A DNA stretch of 64,000 nt. Origin: Candidatus Latescibacterota bacterium. GTDB lineage: Bacteria; Latescibacterota; UBA2968; GCA-2709665. The stretch spans positions 2,368,001 through 2,432,000 of the forward strand of contig OZ252100.1 in the NCBI GenBank assembly GCA_965248435.1, read 5' to 3'. The notes beneath the pieces are model-generated. The model saw only the letters and a list, made by a program, of their open reading frames with translations. It was not told where the DNA came from and did not search any database. The position numbers were made by a program, and so were the translations under genes. Below, in pieces: positions 38,608 to 48,059 of the stretch (the stretch's first letter is position 1; the number at the start of each line of letters is the position of its first letter).

Positions 38608-40491
38608 ATGGGCAGCATCCAAATCCGAGACAATCTCGCCACTGCCTACAGCGACGTCTATACCCCGGAAGTGATGGAGGCCCTGTCGGCACTCGCTCGA
38701 TTCAACGATGACCAGAAAGCGGTCATGGCCAAAAGAATCGAAAGAAGGGCGGAGCGCCAGAGAAACAAACAGCGCATCACCTTCCTCGATCCCGAAGAGA
38801 ACATCGAGGGGACCGACATCAACGTGGGCGACGCCAGGGCGGGCAAGTTCGTCGGCTCGGAGATTCCGCACGATCTTCAGCGACAGTGGATCCAGGGCAC
38901 AGGCCCGGCCGCGAAGCCGAACGCACCGATCGACCGAAGCATCAGAAACGTCGCTTACGCACTGCTGTCCGGCGCCGACGGCTGGATGTTCGACGGCGAA
39001 GATGCGCTCGGTCAGATCACGACGATGTCGCTCGACAACCTGAGAAACCTGAAGCTGGCTATCCAGAAGGATCCGGTCTTCCTGAAGGCTGCCGAGCAGG
39101 TCGCGAGCGAGATGAACGAATGGGCTTCAGGGTTCTTCGGTCGAGCGCTCATCGAGGACTGGGAGAAACAGCTCGATTTCACCACGAAGATCTTCCGCGC
39201 GAGGGGCCTGCATCTGGACGACCGGCACATCCGCGATTCAGACGGCGTGGCATTCTCCGCGTCGATCGCCGACATCACCCTCTACATCGTGAACAATCAC
39301 CGGCAGCTGCGCGACGCCGGGTCATCCATCGTCCTCTATCTGCCGAAGATCCAGACCGCGGAAGAGGCCGCGCTCTGGAACGACATGCTCTCGGCCCTCG
39401 AGGCCCATCTCAAGCTCCCAGAAGGCACGGTCAAAGTCTACGTCCTCGTCGAACAGCTCGAGGCGACCTTCCAGCTCATGGAAATCCGCGCGGCGCTGAG
39501 CAGGCACTTCGCCGGCTACAACACCGGGCGATGGGACTATATCAACAGCGTGGCCGACGCGATGGCGTGGGAGCAGACGTTCATCAATCCCGCGATCGAG
39601 TCCATCACGATGACCTATGGCTACATGAGGAACTACGAAGACCGGGTCCGCCGCGCCGTCAACACTGCAGACGTGAATGGTAACTTCGCGCTCTGGCAGG
39701 GCGGCATGGAGCCCAACATCCCCGTCGGGTCCAAAGAGGGCGTCGCATCCAGCATGGGAAAAGCGGTCGCGGGCGCCACACGAGAGGAGAAGGAAGGGGC
39801 CAGCGGCAAGTGGGTCGCCCACTGGAAGATGGTCCACATCGTGCGCCCCGTGTGGGAGGAAGTGGGCGAAGCCAATCAGCTCGGAAGAGAATTTCCCCCG
39901 CTCACCTACACGCAGGAAGACGCCGACGGCCTCGTGCTCCTCGAACCTGAACCCCGGACGATCCGCGGCGCGCGGAACCTCCTGAGTGTCGCACTGCAAT
40001 ACGGCAACGCATTCGGCCAGGGGCTTCAGGCGGCGGCGCTCAAGCCGGCCGACTTCTTCGGTGACGACAACGTGATGTATCTCATGGAAGACATGGCGAC
40101 CGGAGAGATTCGCCTCAGCATCCTGTGGGAGTGGCTTCACAAGGGTGGGACGCTCACGGATGACGATCCGGAGACCGGGGCGAAGTCGGGAGACGCGTTC
40201 ACGGTAGATCTGTTCCGACGCTTGCTGGCGGAGGAGTATGAGAAGCTCCTCCAGGCAAATGACAAGGATGTTCACGACGACTCAAAGGGTACCACCGTGC
40301 CCATCGCCCGGGAGATCGTGGAAACCTACGTGATGGATGAGGTGAAGGCCCCCTGGTACATCGATCTCCTGAACATCAACCTCAACAACCACGATCTGTC
40401 AATGGCCAAACAGCGTATTCGCCTCTACATGGAAGCCTTCAAGAAAGACGGCACCCGAATCACAGAGAATCTAGACTTTGTAGAAGCTTGA
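38608..40491 (+). CDS. Malate synthase
   Basis: ALLSGADGWMFDGEDA, LYLPKIQTAEEAALWN, VYVLVE, NTGRWDYI, KWVAH, LMEDMATGEIR. Confidence 0.92.
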   Translation: MGSIQIRDNLATAYSDVYTPEVMEALSALARFNDDQKAVMAKRIERRAERQRNKQRITFLDPEENIEGTDINVGDARAGKFVGSEIPHDLQRQWIQGTGPAAKPNAPIDRSIRNVAYALLSGADGWMFDGEDALGQITTMSLDNLRNLKLAIQKDPVFLKAAEQVASEMNEWASGFFGRALIEDWEKQLDFTTKIFRARGLHLDDRHIRDSDGVAFSASIADITLYIVNNHRQLRDAGSSIVLYLPKIQTAEEAALWNDMLSALEAHLKLPEGTVKVYVLVEQLEATFQLMEIRAALSRHFAGYNTGRWDYINSVADAMAWEQTFINPAIESITMTYGYMRNYEDRVRRAVNTADVNGNFALWQGGMEPNIPVGSKEGVASSMGKAVAGATREEKEGASGKWVAHWKMVHIVRPVWEEVGEANQLGREFPPLTYTQEDADGLVLLEPEPRTIRGARNLLSVALQYGNAFGQGLQAAALKPADFFGDDNVMYLMEDMATGEIRLSILWEWLHKGGTLTDDDPETGAKSGDAFTVDLFRRLLAEEYEKLLQANDKDVHDDSKGTTVPIAREIVETYVMDEVKAPWYIDLLNINLNNHDLSMAKQRIRLYMEAFKKDGTRITENLDFVEA

Positions 40492-40507
40492 GTCTGGAGA
40501 TCGAGGC

Positions 40508-42097
40508 ATGAGTATGAGCATCAAGTGCACTTCGAAAGTCCCCCGCCAGACCTTCGCGACCACACTGGAAACGCAGCAGGAGCAGTTGAAGACGGATGAG
40601 CTGATGCTGCGCTACGCGGTGTCGCGCGAACAGCACGCCGCCGATCCGTACCTGCCCGCTTACCACTTCGTCAATCCAGAAGGCCCCATGAACGACCCGA
40701 ACGGGCTCTGCCACTGGCAGGAGCGCTATCATCTCTTTTACCAGACCAAACCTCCAGAAGACCCGCGCGAGCACTGGGGCCACACGATCAGCGACGACCT
40801 GGTCCACTGGAAAGACCTCCCTCTGGCCATCCACCCCGGCATCGAAGCCGCCTGTTTCAGCGGCAGCTCGCTGGTCGAGGAAGACCGGGTCATCGCCATC
40901 TACCACGGCCTCAAGACGGGCAACATGGTCGCCGTGTCCAGCGACCCGCTCCTCCTCAACTGGGAGAAGATCCCCGGCAACCCCGTCATCCCGATCGTCG
41001 AGGTGGACGAGACGCAGCGCCCCTACCGTGTCTTCGACCCCTGCATCTGGAAAGAAGATGACGGCTACTACGCGCTGTCAGGTACCTACCTGGATGGGGC
41101 GATCCGCCACGACTGTCGGATGGCCCAGCACCTGTTCTTTTCGCAGGATCTGAAGTCCTGGACCTATACGGGAGAGTTCGTCGAAGGTGATGTCTTCACC
41201 GGGCGGGGTGAGGACGGAGCGGTTCCCTATTTCTGGCCAATCGGCGACAAGCACATCCTGTTGTTCGCCAGCCACACACGCGGGGCGCAGTATCTGCTCG
41301 GCGACTACGAAAAGGCGCGTCAGAAATTCAAACCGTTCGCGCACGGCCGGTTCAACTTTGGATGCATCCATTCCGGCGCCGTCCACGCCCCCTGCGGCAC
41401 CCCCGATGGCGAGGGCGGCGTCTACCTTATCTGCAACATCAACGACGCCAGACCGACCGAGGGCTGGAACCACCTGATGTCTCTCGTGCGTCTGCTGACC
41501 CTGCGCGAGGACAACACACTGGGCATCGAACCTGTCCGAACTGTCGAAGCACTCCGATCCGAGCACGAACGGCTCGGTGAGACCTCCCTGCCCGCAAACC
41601 GGGAGGTCGTGCTCGAGGGTGTCCAGGGGAACACGATGGAGCTCGCCGTTGAGGTCGATCCCCGTAGCGCGCGAGAGATCTGCCTCCACGTTCTGCGTTC
41701 ACCCGGCGGAGAGGAGACGACCGAGGTCAAATTCTTCCGGCGCGGCTACATGAGGACGCATAAAGAGGATGGGAAACACCATCAGGACGCGCTCGTGATC
41801 GACACGTCCCGATCGTCGCTGCTGCCCGATGTGAAAGCACGTCCTCCCGAAATCGCGCCGTTCGAGCTCCCGTCGAATGAAACACTCAAGCTTCGAATCT
41901 TCCTGGACCGAAGCGTCGTCGAGGTCTTCGCCAACGGCACGCAATGTCTCGCCCTGCGGGTCTATCCCGAGCGCAGGGACAGCGTGGGTGTGGCCATCCG
42001 CGCTCAGGGTGGAGACGCGGTCCTGCACTCGCTCGATGCGTGGCAGATGAATAGCATTTACAAGCAGACGGCGGACGACGGACGGCAGACCGCCTAA
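40508..42097 (+). CDS. Glycoside hydrolase family 32 protein
   Basis: MNDPNG, YHLFYQ, HWGH.ISDDLVHW, FSGS, C-terminal LRIFLDRSVVEVFANG. Confidence 0.9.
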   Translation: MSMSIKCTSKVPRQTFATTLETQQEQLKTDELMLRYAVSREQHAADPYLPAYHFVNPEGPMNDPNGLCHWQERYHLFYQTKPPEDPREHWGHTISDDLVHWKDLPLAIHPGIEAACFSGSSLVEEDRVIAIYHGLKTGNMVAVSSDPLLLNWEKIPGNPVIPIVEVDETQRPYRVFDPCIWKEDDGYYALSGTYLDGAIRHDCRMAQHLFFSQDLKSWTYTGEFVEGDVFTGRGEDGAVPYFWPIGDKHILLFASHTRGAQYLLGDYEKARQKFKPFAHGRFNFGCIHSGAVHAPCGTPDGEGGVYLICNINDARPTEGWNHLMSLVRLLTLREDNTLGIEPVRTVEALRSEHERLGETSLPANREVVLEGVQGNTMELAVEVDPRSAREICLHVLRSPGGEETTEVKFFRRGYMRTHKEDGKHHQDALVIDTSRSSLLPDVKARPPEIAPFELPSNETLKLRIFLDRSVVEVFANGTQCLALRVYPERRDSVGVAIRAQGGDAVLHSLDAWQMNSIYKQTADDGRQTA

Positions 42098-42189
42098 AGG
42101 CGGACGACCGACGACGGACCGCAGACCGCAGGATGAATAGTGTGATATTTCACGTTTCTAGCCGTCTGTGGTCCGTGGTCTGCGGTCGT
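42064..42189. repeat. GAC(G/C)RCR-heptamer inverted-arm element, copy 4 (overlaps the GH32 3' end)
   Basis: GCAGACGGCGGACGACGGACGGCAGACCGCC-TAAA-GGCGGACGACCGACGACGGACCGCAGACCGCAG ... GCCGTCTGTGGTCCGTGGTCTGCGGTCG. Confidence 0.8.
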
Positions 42190-42206
42190 GAAAGGCTTCT
42201 TTCATA

Positions 42207-42932
42207 GTGACAGACTACCGAGATGCCTACGGCCAGCAGCTCTACGAAGCCTACCTCCTCGAGAACGAGTTCGAGGTGATCGAGCGGCGCGACGGATACC
42301 TAGATATCTGCGACGCCACACACTATCTCTCGATGTACAAAGATTGGCCGTCTCACGAACGCAAGGCGATGCGCTACATGAAGGGAAAGGTCCTGGACAT
42401 CGGATGTGGGGCCGGGAGACACGCCCTTTACGCTCAGCACAGAGGTCACGACGTGCTGGGCGTCGACATCTCTCCTCTCGCCATCAAGGTCTGCAAGCGC
42501 CGAGGTCTCAAAAAAGCGAAGACCATGTCCATCACCCAGGTCAGTCGAAAGCTGGGCACGTTCGACACGCTTCTGATGCTCGGCAACAACTTCGGCCTCG
42601 TCGGAAACCCGAAGCGGGCCAGATGGCTGCTCCGAAGGTTCTATGGGATGACGAGCGACCAGGGAAAGATCATCGCGGGAACGCTCGATCCCTACGATAC
42701 GACCGATCGCGCTCATCTGGACTACCACAAAGAGAACCGAGACCGGGGGAGGATGGGCGGCCAGGTCCGGATGCGGATAAGGCAGGGAAGGCACGTCGGC
42801 GACTGGTTCGACTATCTCTTCGTCTCCAGGAAGGAGATGGACCGTCTCCTCAGAGACAGCGGATGGGCGGTCAGCCGATTCCTCGAGCCGTCAGGCCCGG
42901 CCTACGCCGCTATTCTGGAAAAGCGAAAGTGA
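42207..42932 (+). CDS. Class I SAM-dependent methyltransferase
   Basis: VLDIGCGAGRH, GVDIS, FDTLLMLGNNFG. Confidence 0.9.
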   Translation: MTDYRDAYGQQLYEAYLLENEFEVIERRDGYLDICDATHYLSMYKDWPSHERKAMRYMKGKVLDIGCGAGRHALYAQHRGHDVLGVDISPLAIKVCKRRGLKKAKTMSITQVSRKLGTFDTLLMLGNNFGLVGNPKRARWLLRRFYGMTSDQGKIIAGTLDPYDTTDRAHLDYHKENRDRGRMGGQVRMRIRQGRHVGDWFDYLFVSRKEMDRLLRDSGWAVSRFLEPSGPAYAAILEKRK

Positions 42933-43462
42933 CAGCGCGGGTTTCCGTCGTTCTGGCCGGGCTCACTCTGTTGGGCCTTTTCCCCGCCGAAACACAAGCC
43001 GATGAACAAACCGGACGTTCAGACGAGGATCGTTCGACGAATATACTGGCACTTGGATTCGGCCTAGATGCCGGGATGGTGGGGTTCAAGTACATGAAGC
43101 AGTCCACGGCGTCACCCGTACTCCTGGGTGTTGGCGTGGGCATAGAAGGCATTGCGCCACAGGTAGGCGTATCCCTGCTGCAATTCGAGCGCTGGGACCT
43201 GTATGGAAAGGCCTCGGTTCTAGTATCTACCTGGCATAGCGTCATCTTTTCGAAAGGCAGCGTCGTACCCGGCGTCGGCCTGGGTGTGCACCGCTGGCCC
43301 ACAGAATCTGGTCGTATTGGACTCTATCTGAATTTGGGTCTTGGACTCTTCTCACGGATTAGTGGCGAAAGCGAAGGAGGCGGTGAGTTGAGGGGAATCA
43401 TGCCTGATATACAGGTCGGATTGAGTGTGGATGGCATCCCCTGGCTGCGAAGTCGAAGGTGA
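42929..43462 (+). CDS. Putative small outer-membrane beta-barrel protein
   Basis: GTG overlapping the methyltransferase stop, signal peptide, Gly-rich alternating beta strands; the long ORF from 42188 is a shadow extension. Confidence 0.6.
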   Translation: MTARVSVVLAGLTLLGLFPAETQADEQTGRSDEDRSTNILALGFGLDAGMVGFKYMKQSTASPVLLGVGVGIEGIAPQVGVSLLQFERWDLYGKASVLVSTWHSVIFSKGSVVPGVGLGVHRWPTESGRIGLYLNLGLGLFSRISGESEGGGELRGIMPDIQVGLSVDGIPWLRSRR

Positions 43463-43481
43463 ACCCTCCAGGACGAAATGC

Positions 43482-44270
43482 ATGGACCTCGGATTGAAAG
43501 GAAAGCGGGCCATCGTCACGGGGGGTAACCGTGGCATCGGCCGGCGCTGTGCGCTGGCGCTCGCGCGCGAAGGGGCCCGCGTCTGCATCACGGCGCGCGA
43601 TCAGGCGCTCCTGGACAAGACCGCAGGCGAGATCGAAACCGCCGGCGGTGAGGGCCACACCGTCTCCGTCGACCTGACCGCCAGGGAGAGTTGCCAAACC
43701 GTCGTAACCGAGACCGTAGAGAGGTTCGGCGGCGTGGACATCCTTATCAACTGCGCCGGCGCGGCGCGAGGCGGTGACATCCTGGACCTTCCGACCGAGC
43801 AGATCGACGAGGCGCTCGGCCTGAAGAGCTACAGCTATCTCCGCATGGCCCAACTCGTCATCCCCTACATGAAGCAGAACGGATGGGGGCGCATCGTCAA
43901 CATCGCCGGCGGCGCCGGCACGAGTCCCGATCAATCCAACATCCCGGTGAGCCTCGCCAACATCACCATCCTGAACACGACGCGTGCCCTATCGGATGCC
44001 GTCTCCGGAGACGGCATCCTGGTCAACACGATCTGTCCGGGAATCACGAACACACAGCGGGCGAGAACGATGCAGCAGGCGAAAGCCGAGGAGGAAGGCG
44101 TGAGCGTCGAGACGATCCTCAACCGGATGGGAGCCAGGCTTCCCGCGGGTCGCATCGCAGAGCCGGAGGAAATCGCCAGTGTCGTCGCCTTTCTCGCTTC
44201 GGAGCCTTGCTCTTATATGTTCGGCAGTTCGATATACATGGACGGCGGCGGAAGAAGGGGGACGCCATAG
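43482..44270 (+). CDS. Short-chain dehydrogenase/reductase
   Basis: MDLGLKGKRAIVTGGNRGIG, DILINCAG, NTICPG, GRIAEPEEIA; canonical YxxxK not evident. Confidence 0.9.
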   Translation: MDLGLKGKRAIVTGGNRGIGRRCALALAREGARVCITARDQALLDKTAGEIETAGGEGHTVSVDLTARESCQTVVTETVERFGGVDILINCAGAARGGDILDLPTEQIDEALGLKSYSYLRMAQLVIPYMKQNGWGRIVNIAGGAGTSPDQSNIPVSLANITILNTTRALSDAVSGDGILVNTICPGITNTQRARTMQQAKAEEEGVSVETILNRMGARLPAGRIAEPEEIASVVAFLASEPCSYMFGSSIYMDGGGRRGTP

Positions 44271-44285
44271 GTGAGGGCGCTCGGC

Positions 44286-44370
44286 ACGACGACGGACGAC
44301 AGACCGCAGACCGCGAGATCAAAGGCGTAATTATTCTGGTTTGGCGGTCCCCGGTCCGCCGTCTGTGGTC
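44286..44370. repeat. GAC(G/C)RCR-heptamer inverted-arm element, copy 5
   Basis: ACGACGACGGACGACAGACCGCAGACCGC ... GGCGGTCCCCGGTCCGCCGTCTGTGGTC. Confidence 0.78.
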
Positions 44371-44403
44371 ATAGATCGCTTACTTTGATGGAGATTTGCT
44401 CCT

Positions 44404-45597
44404 ATGAAAATAACTGACCTAAGATGCACCATCATCGGTCGAAACCCCGTCGTCCGCATCACGACCGATGAGGGCATCAGCGGGATCGGACAGGCCGAAT
44501 ACACCAAGCCCTACATCCAGCCCCAGGTCCTCTTCTACAAGCAGTTCATTTTGGGGGAGGATCCCACGGATGTCGAACGGGTCATGCTCAAAATCCGAAG
44601 GCTCGGAAGCTTCAAACCCTGGGGCAGCGCCGTCAGCGCGATCGAGATGGCGCTCTGGGACCTCGCGGGCAAGGCGGCGGGCCTGCCCGTTTACAAGCTG
44701 TTGGGGGGGAAGATTCGCGACAGGGTTCGGGTCTACAACGGCGCGGTGCGCTTCCCCATGGCCGGCTCAACGCCCGAGGATTATGCCGACAACATGGCCA
44801 AAATGAAGGCGGCCAAAGAAGGATTCTGCATCATCAAGCAGGGCGTCGGATTCCACAGCCAGATGCCTTATCAGGTCCCGGACCTCTTCTACGGCGAAGT
44901 CAGGCACGAGGGCCAGATGTCCACCGAGCGGGGGCTTTTGACCGAACGCGGGCTGAAACGCGTCATCGCCTGCGCCGAGGCGATGAAGGAGGTCCTCGGC
45001 GACGAGATTGGTCTCGCGCTCGACTGCGGCCCGGGGTGGACGGTCCCCGACGCGATCAAACTTGCGAAGGCCCTCGAACCGCTGAACCTGATGTGGCTCG
45101 AGGACCTGATCACCGGAGACTACGTGCCCTATGTCCAAGCCGATCTGTATCGTGAGGTCACACGAAGCACATCCGTCCCGATACACACCGGCGAACAGAT
45201 CTACCTCCGGCAGAACTTCAAAGACCTGATCGAGAAACGTGCGGTGAGTATCATCGGGCCGGACCCGTGTGACATCGGCGGCATCGCGGAGCTCAAGTGG
45301 GTCGCGGAGTATGCGGATCTTCACGGCGTCCTGATGGCGCCGCACGGCGTCGCGGACGGCCTCATCGGGCTCGCCGCCCTCGTCCAGGTCTCGGCGACGC
45401 TTCCTGAAAACTACATCGCCTTCGAGTATCCGATCGGTGATCCAGAATGGTGGTACGACATCGTAGAAGGCCTCCCCGACCCGATCGTTGAAGACAGCTT
45501 CATCCAAGTCTGGGACCGGCCGGGGCTGGGTGTAGAAATCAATCCGGAAGCGGCGAAAAAATACCTGCCTGAGGGCGACGAAGGCTTCTTCGACTGA
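44404..45597 (+). CDS. Mandelate racemase/muconate lactonizing enzyme family protein
   Basis: SAIEMALWDLAGKAAGLPVYKLLGG, ALDC, WLED, TGEQ, APH, PGLGV. Confidence 0.92.
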   Translation: MKITDLRCTIIGRNPVVRITTDEGISGIGQAEYTKPYIQPQVLFYKQFILGEDPTDVERVMLKIRRLGSFKPWGSAVSAIEMALWDLAGKAAGLPVYKLLGGKIRDRVRVYNGAVRFPMAGSTPEDYADNMAKMKAAKEGFCIIKQGVGFHSQMPYQVPDLFYGEVRHEGQMSTERGLLTERGLKRVIACAEAMKEVLGDEIGLALDCGPGWTVPDAIKLAKALEPLNLMWLEDLITGDYVPYVQADLYREVTRSTSVPIHTGEQIYLRQNFKDLIEKRAVSIIGPDPCDIGGIAELKWVAEYADLHGVLMAPHGVADGLIGLAALVQVSATLPENYIAFEYPIGDPEWWYDIVEGLPDPIVEDSFIQVWDRPGLGVEINPEAAKKYLPEGDEGFFD

Positions 45598-46856
45598 TGC
45601 TGTGGATGAACGAAAGGAATCTCCTGAAGATCATCGGGCCCGGCATCCTCGTGGCGGCCACCGGCGTGGGGGCGGGCGATCTCGCCACCGGGGCATTTAC
45701 CGGATCGAAACTGGGCGTCGCGATCCTCTGGGCCGTGGTCCTGGGGGCCCTCTTCAAGTTCGTGTTGAACGAGGGGCTCACCCGCTGGCAGCTGGCCACA
45801 GGCGACACCTTGCTCGAGGGGGCGGTCACCCATCTCGGTCCGATTGCCCGGTATGGGTTTCTCGTCTACCTGCTGGCCTGGAGCTTCATGGTCGCGGCGG
45901 CCCTCATGAGTGCCTGCGGGGTCGCATTCCAGGCCATCTTTCCCCTGTTCGACGATCCGTCGACCGGTAAGATCGTCTACGGAATCAGCCTGAGCATCGT
46001 CGGCGTGATCCTGGTTCGTCTGGGCGGCTACTCGCTGTTCGAAAAGGTGATGGGCGTCTGCATCGCATTCATGTTCGTCACCGTCATCGTGACGGCCGTC
46101 CTCCTCGTCCCGAGCTGGAGGCAACTGATCGCCGGGCTCGTCGTGCCCGCCATCCCCGACCTGAACGGCGAAGGATTGTCCTGGACGATCGCCTTGATGG
46201 GCGGGGTCGGGGGCACCGTCACGGTCCTCTGCTACGGCTACTGGATCCGCGAGGAGGGGCGATTCAGCGGCGAAGACCTGTCCGTTTGCCGGATAGACCT
46301 TGCAGTCGGCTATGTGATGACCGCCCTGTTCGGCCTGGCGATGGTCGTGATCGGCAGCAGCATTCAGGTCGAAGGCGGCGGGGCCAGCCTGGTGATCAAG
46401 CTGGCGGATCGTCTCGTTGAAGAGCTGGGTCAGGTTGGAAGATGGGCGTTTCTTCTCGGGGCCTTCGGCGCCGTCTTCAGCAGCCTGCTGGGGGTCTGGC
46501 AGAGCGTCCCCTATCTCTTCGCGGACGTGATGGGCATGCGCTCCGGAGACTCGTCCACAAGAGATCGTGTTATTGATACGCGATCAAAAACATATCTTTG
46601 TTATCTGTACGGCATGGCGACGGTGCCCATGATCGGACTCTGGGTCGGGTTCGCCAGCATGCAGAAGGCATACGCCATCGTAGGCGCCCTCTTCATGCCC
46701 ATCCTGGCACTGGCGCTCCTCCTGTTGAACGGGCGCGCCAAATGGGTCGGAGAAGAATATCGAAACCACCCCACTACGTCCCTTGTGCTCATCGCCATCC
46801 TCATCTTCTTCTCGATGGCCGGATGGCTTACCGTTCGCCGAGTATTCGGGGTATGA
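45597..46856 (+). CDS. Nramp-like transporter
   Basis: GPGILVAATGVGAGDL, EGLTRWQLATG, GGVGGT; about 11 TM helices. Confidence 0.88.
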   Translation: MLWMNERNLLKIIGPGILVAATGVGAGDLATGAFTGSKLGVAILWAVVLGALFKFVLNEGLTRWQLATGDTLLEGAVTHLGPIARYGFLVYLLAWSFMVAAALMSACGVAFQAIFPLFDDPSTGKIVYGISLSIVGVILVRLGGYSLFEKVMGVCIAFMFVTVIVTAVLLVPSWRQLIAGLVVPAIPDLNGEGLSWTIALMGGVGGTVTVLCYGYWIREEGRFSGEDLSVCRIDLAVGYVMTALFGLAMVVIGSSIQVEGGGASLVIKLADRLVEELGQVGRWAFLLGAFGAVFSSLLGVWQSVPYLFADVMGMRSGDSSTRDRVIDTRSKTYLCYLYGMATVPMIGLWVGFASMQKAYAIVGALFMPILALALLLLNGRAKWVGEEYRNHPTTSLVLIAILIFFSMAGWLTVRRVFGV

Positions 46857-46914
46857 TCTGTCTAACAACCGCATCGAGCCTAGACCACGAGATACGCTTA
46901 AAAGGAGGTGCGTG

Positions 46915-47589
46915 ATGCTCTACGGAAAACTGACGAACGAAAGCGAGGGATATAGCAAAGCCCGGGCCGAGCTCCTCGAAGCGGAGATCGCCCTCAGAGA
47001 CCAGCGTGAGCGCGTCGCGGAACTCAGACGGCAGCTCCCGCTCGACTCCCAGGTGGAAGACTACCTCTTCCGCGAAGGACCCGAAGACCTCGCTGCCGAA
47101 GGGCCCATCTCCGAAGTCCGTCTTTCCGGGCTCTTCGAGAAACCGGACAAGCCCGTTATCTTCTATCAGTTCATGTATGGCGCCGCCCAGGAAGACCCCT
47201 GCCCGATGTGTTCGATGTGGATCGACGGCCTCAACGGGATCGCGACCCATCTGCAACCGCACGCCAACTTCGCCATCGTCGCCGAGGCAGAGATCGGCGA
47301 TTTGCGACAGTGGGGTCGGAAACGTGGCTGGAACAACCTCAGATTGATCTCCTGCGCCGGCTCCTCCTTCAAGACCGACCTGCAGTTCCAGGATGAGGAC
47401 GGTGACCAGTATCCAGGGGTCAGCGTCTTCGTGAAAGGCTCAGATGGATCGTTGAAACACTTCTACTCTGGGTCGGCGATCATGAAAGAGGACGAATATC
47501 GCGGCATGGATCTTATCACTCCGGTCTGGAACCTGCTGGACCTCACACCTGACGGCCGGGGTGATTGGTGGCCGAGCGTGGAAGAATAA
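46915..47589 (+). CDS. DUF899 family thioredoxin-like protein
   Basis: ARAELLEAE...RRQLP, YQFMY, PCPMCSMWID, WNLLDLTPDGR; AAGGAGG upstream. Confidence 0.9.
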   Translation: MLYGKLTNESEGYSKARAELLEAEIALRDQRERVAELRRQLPLDSQVEDYLFREGPEDLAAEGPISEVRLSGLFEKPDKPVIFYQFMYGAAQEDPCPMCSMWIDGLNGIATHLQPHANFAIVAEAEIGDLRQWGRKRGWNNLRLISCAGSSFKTDLQFQDEDGDQYPGVSVFVKGSDGSLKHFYSGSAIMKEDEYRGMDLITPVWNLLDLTPDGRGDWWPSVEE

Positions 47590-47600
47590 GGAGTGGCGCC

Positions 47601-47681
47601 ATGAGTTTCACATCTGATAAATCACTTGACCAAGGCGAGCTTCTCGATATCTACCGGAGGATGCTCACCATCCGGCGGTAA
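47601..47681 (+). pseudogene. N-terminal remnant of a 2-oxoacid/acetoin dehydrogenase E1 alpha subunit
   Basis: MSFTSDKSLDQGELLDIYRRMLTIRR* with AAGGAG; LL..Y..M..IRR is the E1-alpha first helix, normally continuing FEE. Confidence 0.55.
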
Positions 47682-47696
47682 AGCGGGAGGGATGTA

Positions 47697-48059
47697 ATGA
47701 TGTCACAAGAGACGCACTTCGACAGATCCGCGCCGGTCCTGCACGTCAGCGACATGTCGCGCTCGCTCGATTACTATCGGGATATCTTTGGCTTCAAGCC
47801 TGGCCATCTCCAACACGATCCTCCTGTGTATGCAACGCTGCGTCGAGACGAGGTCAGCCTCCATCTGGCGCTGGATCGAACCGGAAAGATAGCGGGGACC
47901 AGTTCCTGCTGTGTCTTCGTCAAAAACGTCGATGCCCTCTACAAGAGCTGTGTTGAAAACGGAGTCAAGATCGCTCGCGAAATCGAAGACTCGCCATACG
48001 GGTTGCGCGATTTCAACATCGAGGACCCTGACGGAAACATCATCCTGTTCGGTGAATGA
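47697..48059 (+). CDS. VOC/glyoxalase (bleomycin-resistance-like) protein
   Basis: PVLHVSDM..SLDYY...FGF, VDALY, PYGLRDFNIEDPDGNII. Confidence 0.9.
   Translation: MMSQETHFDRSAPVLHVSDMSRSLDYYRDIFGFKPGHLQHDPPVYATLRRDEVSLHLALDRTGKIAGTSSCCVFVKNVDALYKSCVENGVKIAREIEDSPYGLRDFNIEDPDGNIILFGE

Noticed and set aside
42188-42928. N-terminal half of the 424-aa ORF
   Set aside because: Overlaps the methyltransferase in another frame; only the part from GTG 42929 looks like protein
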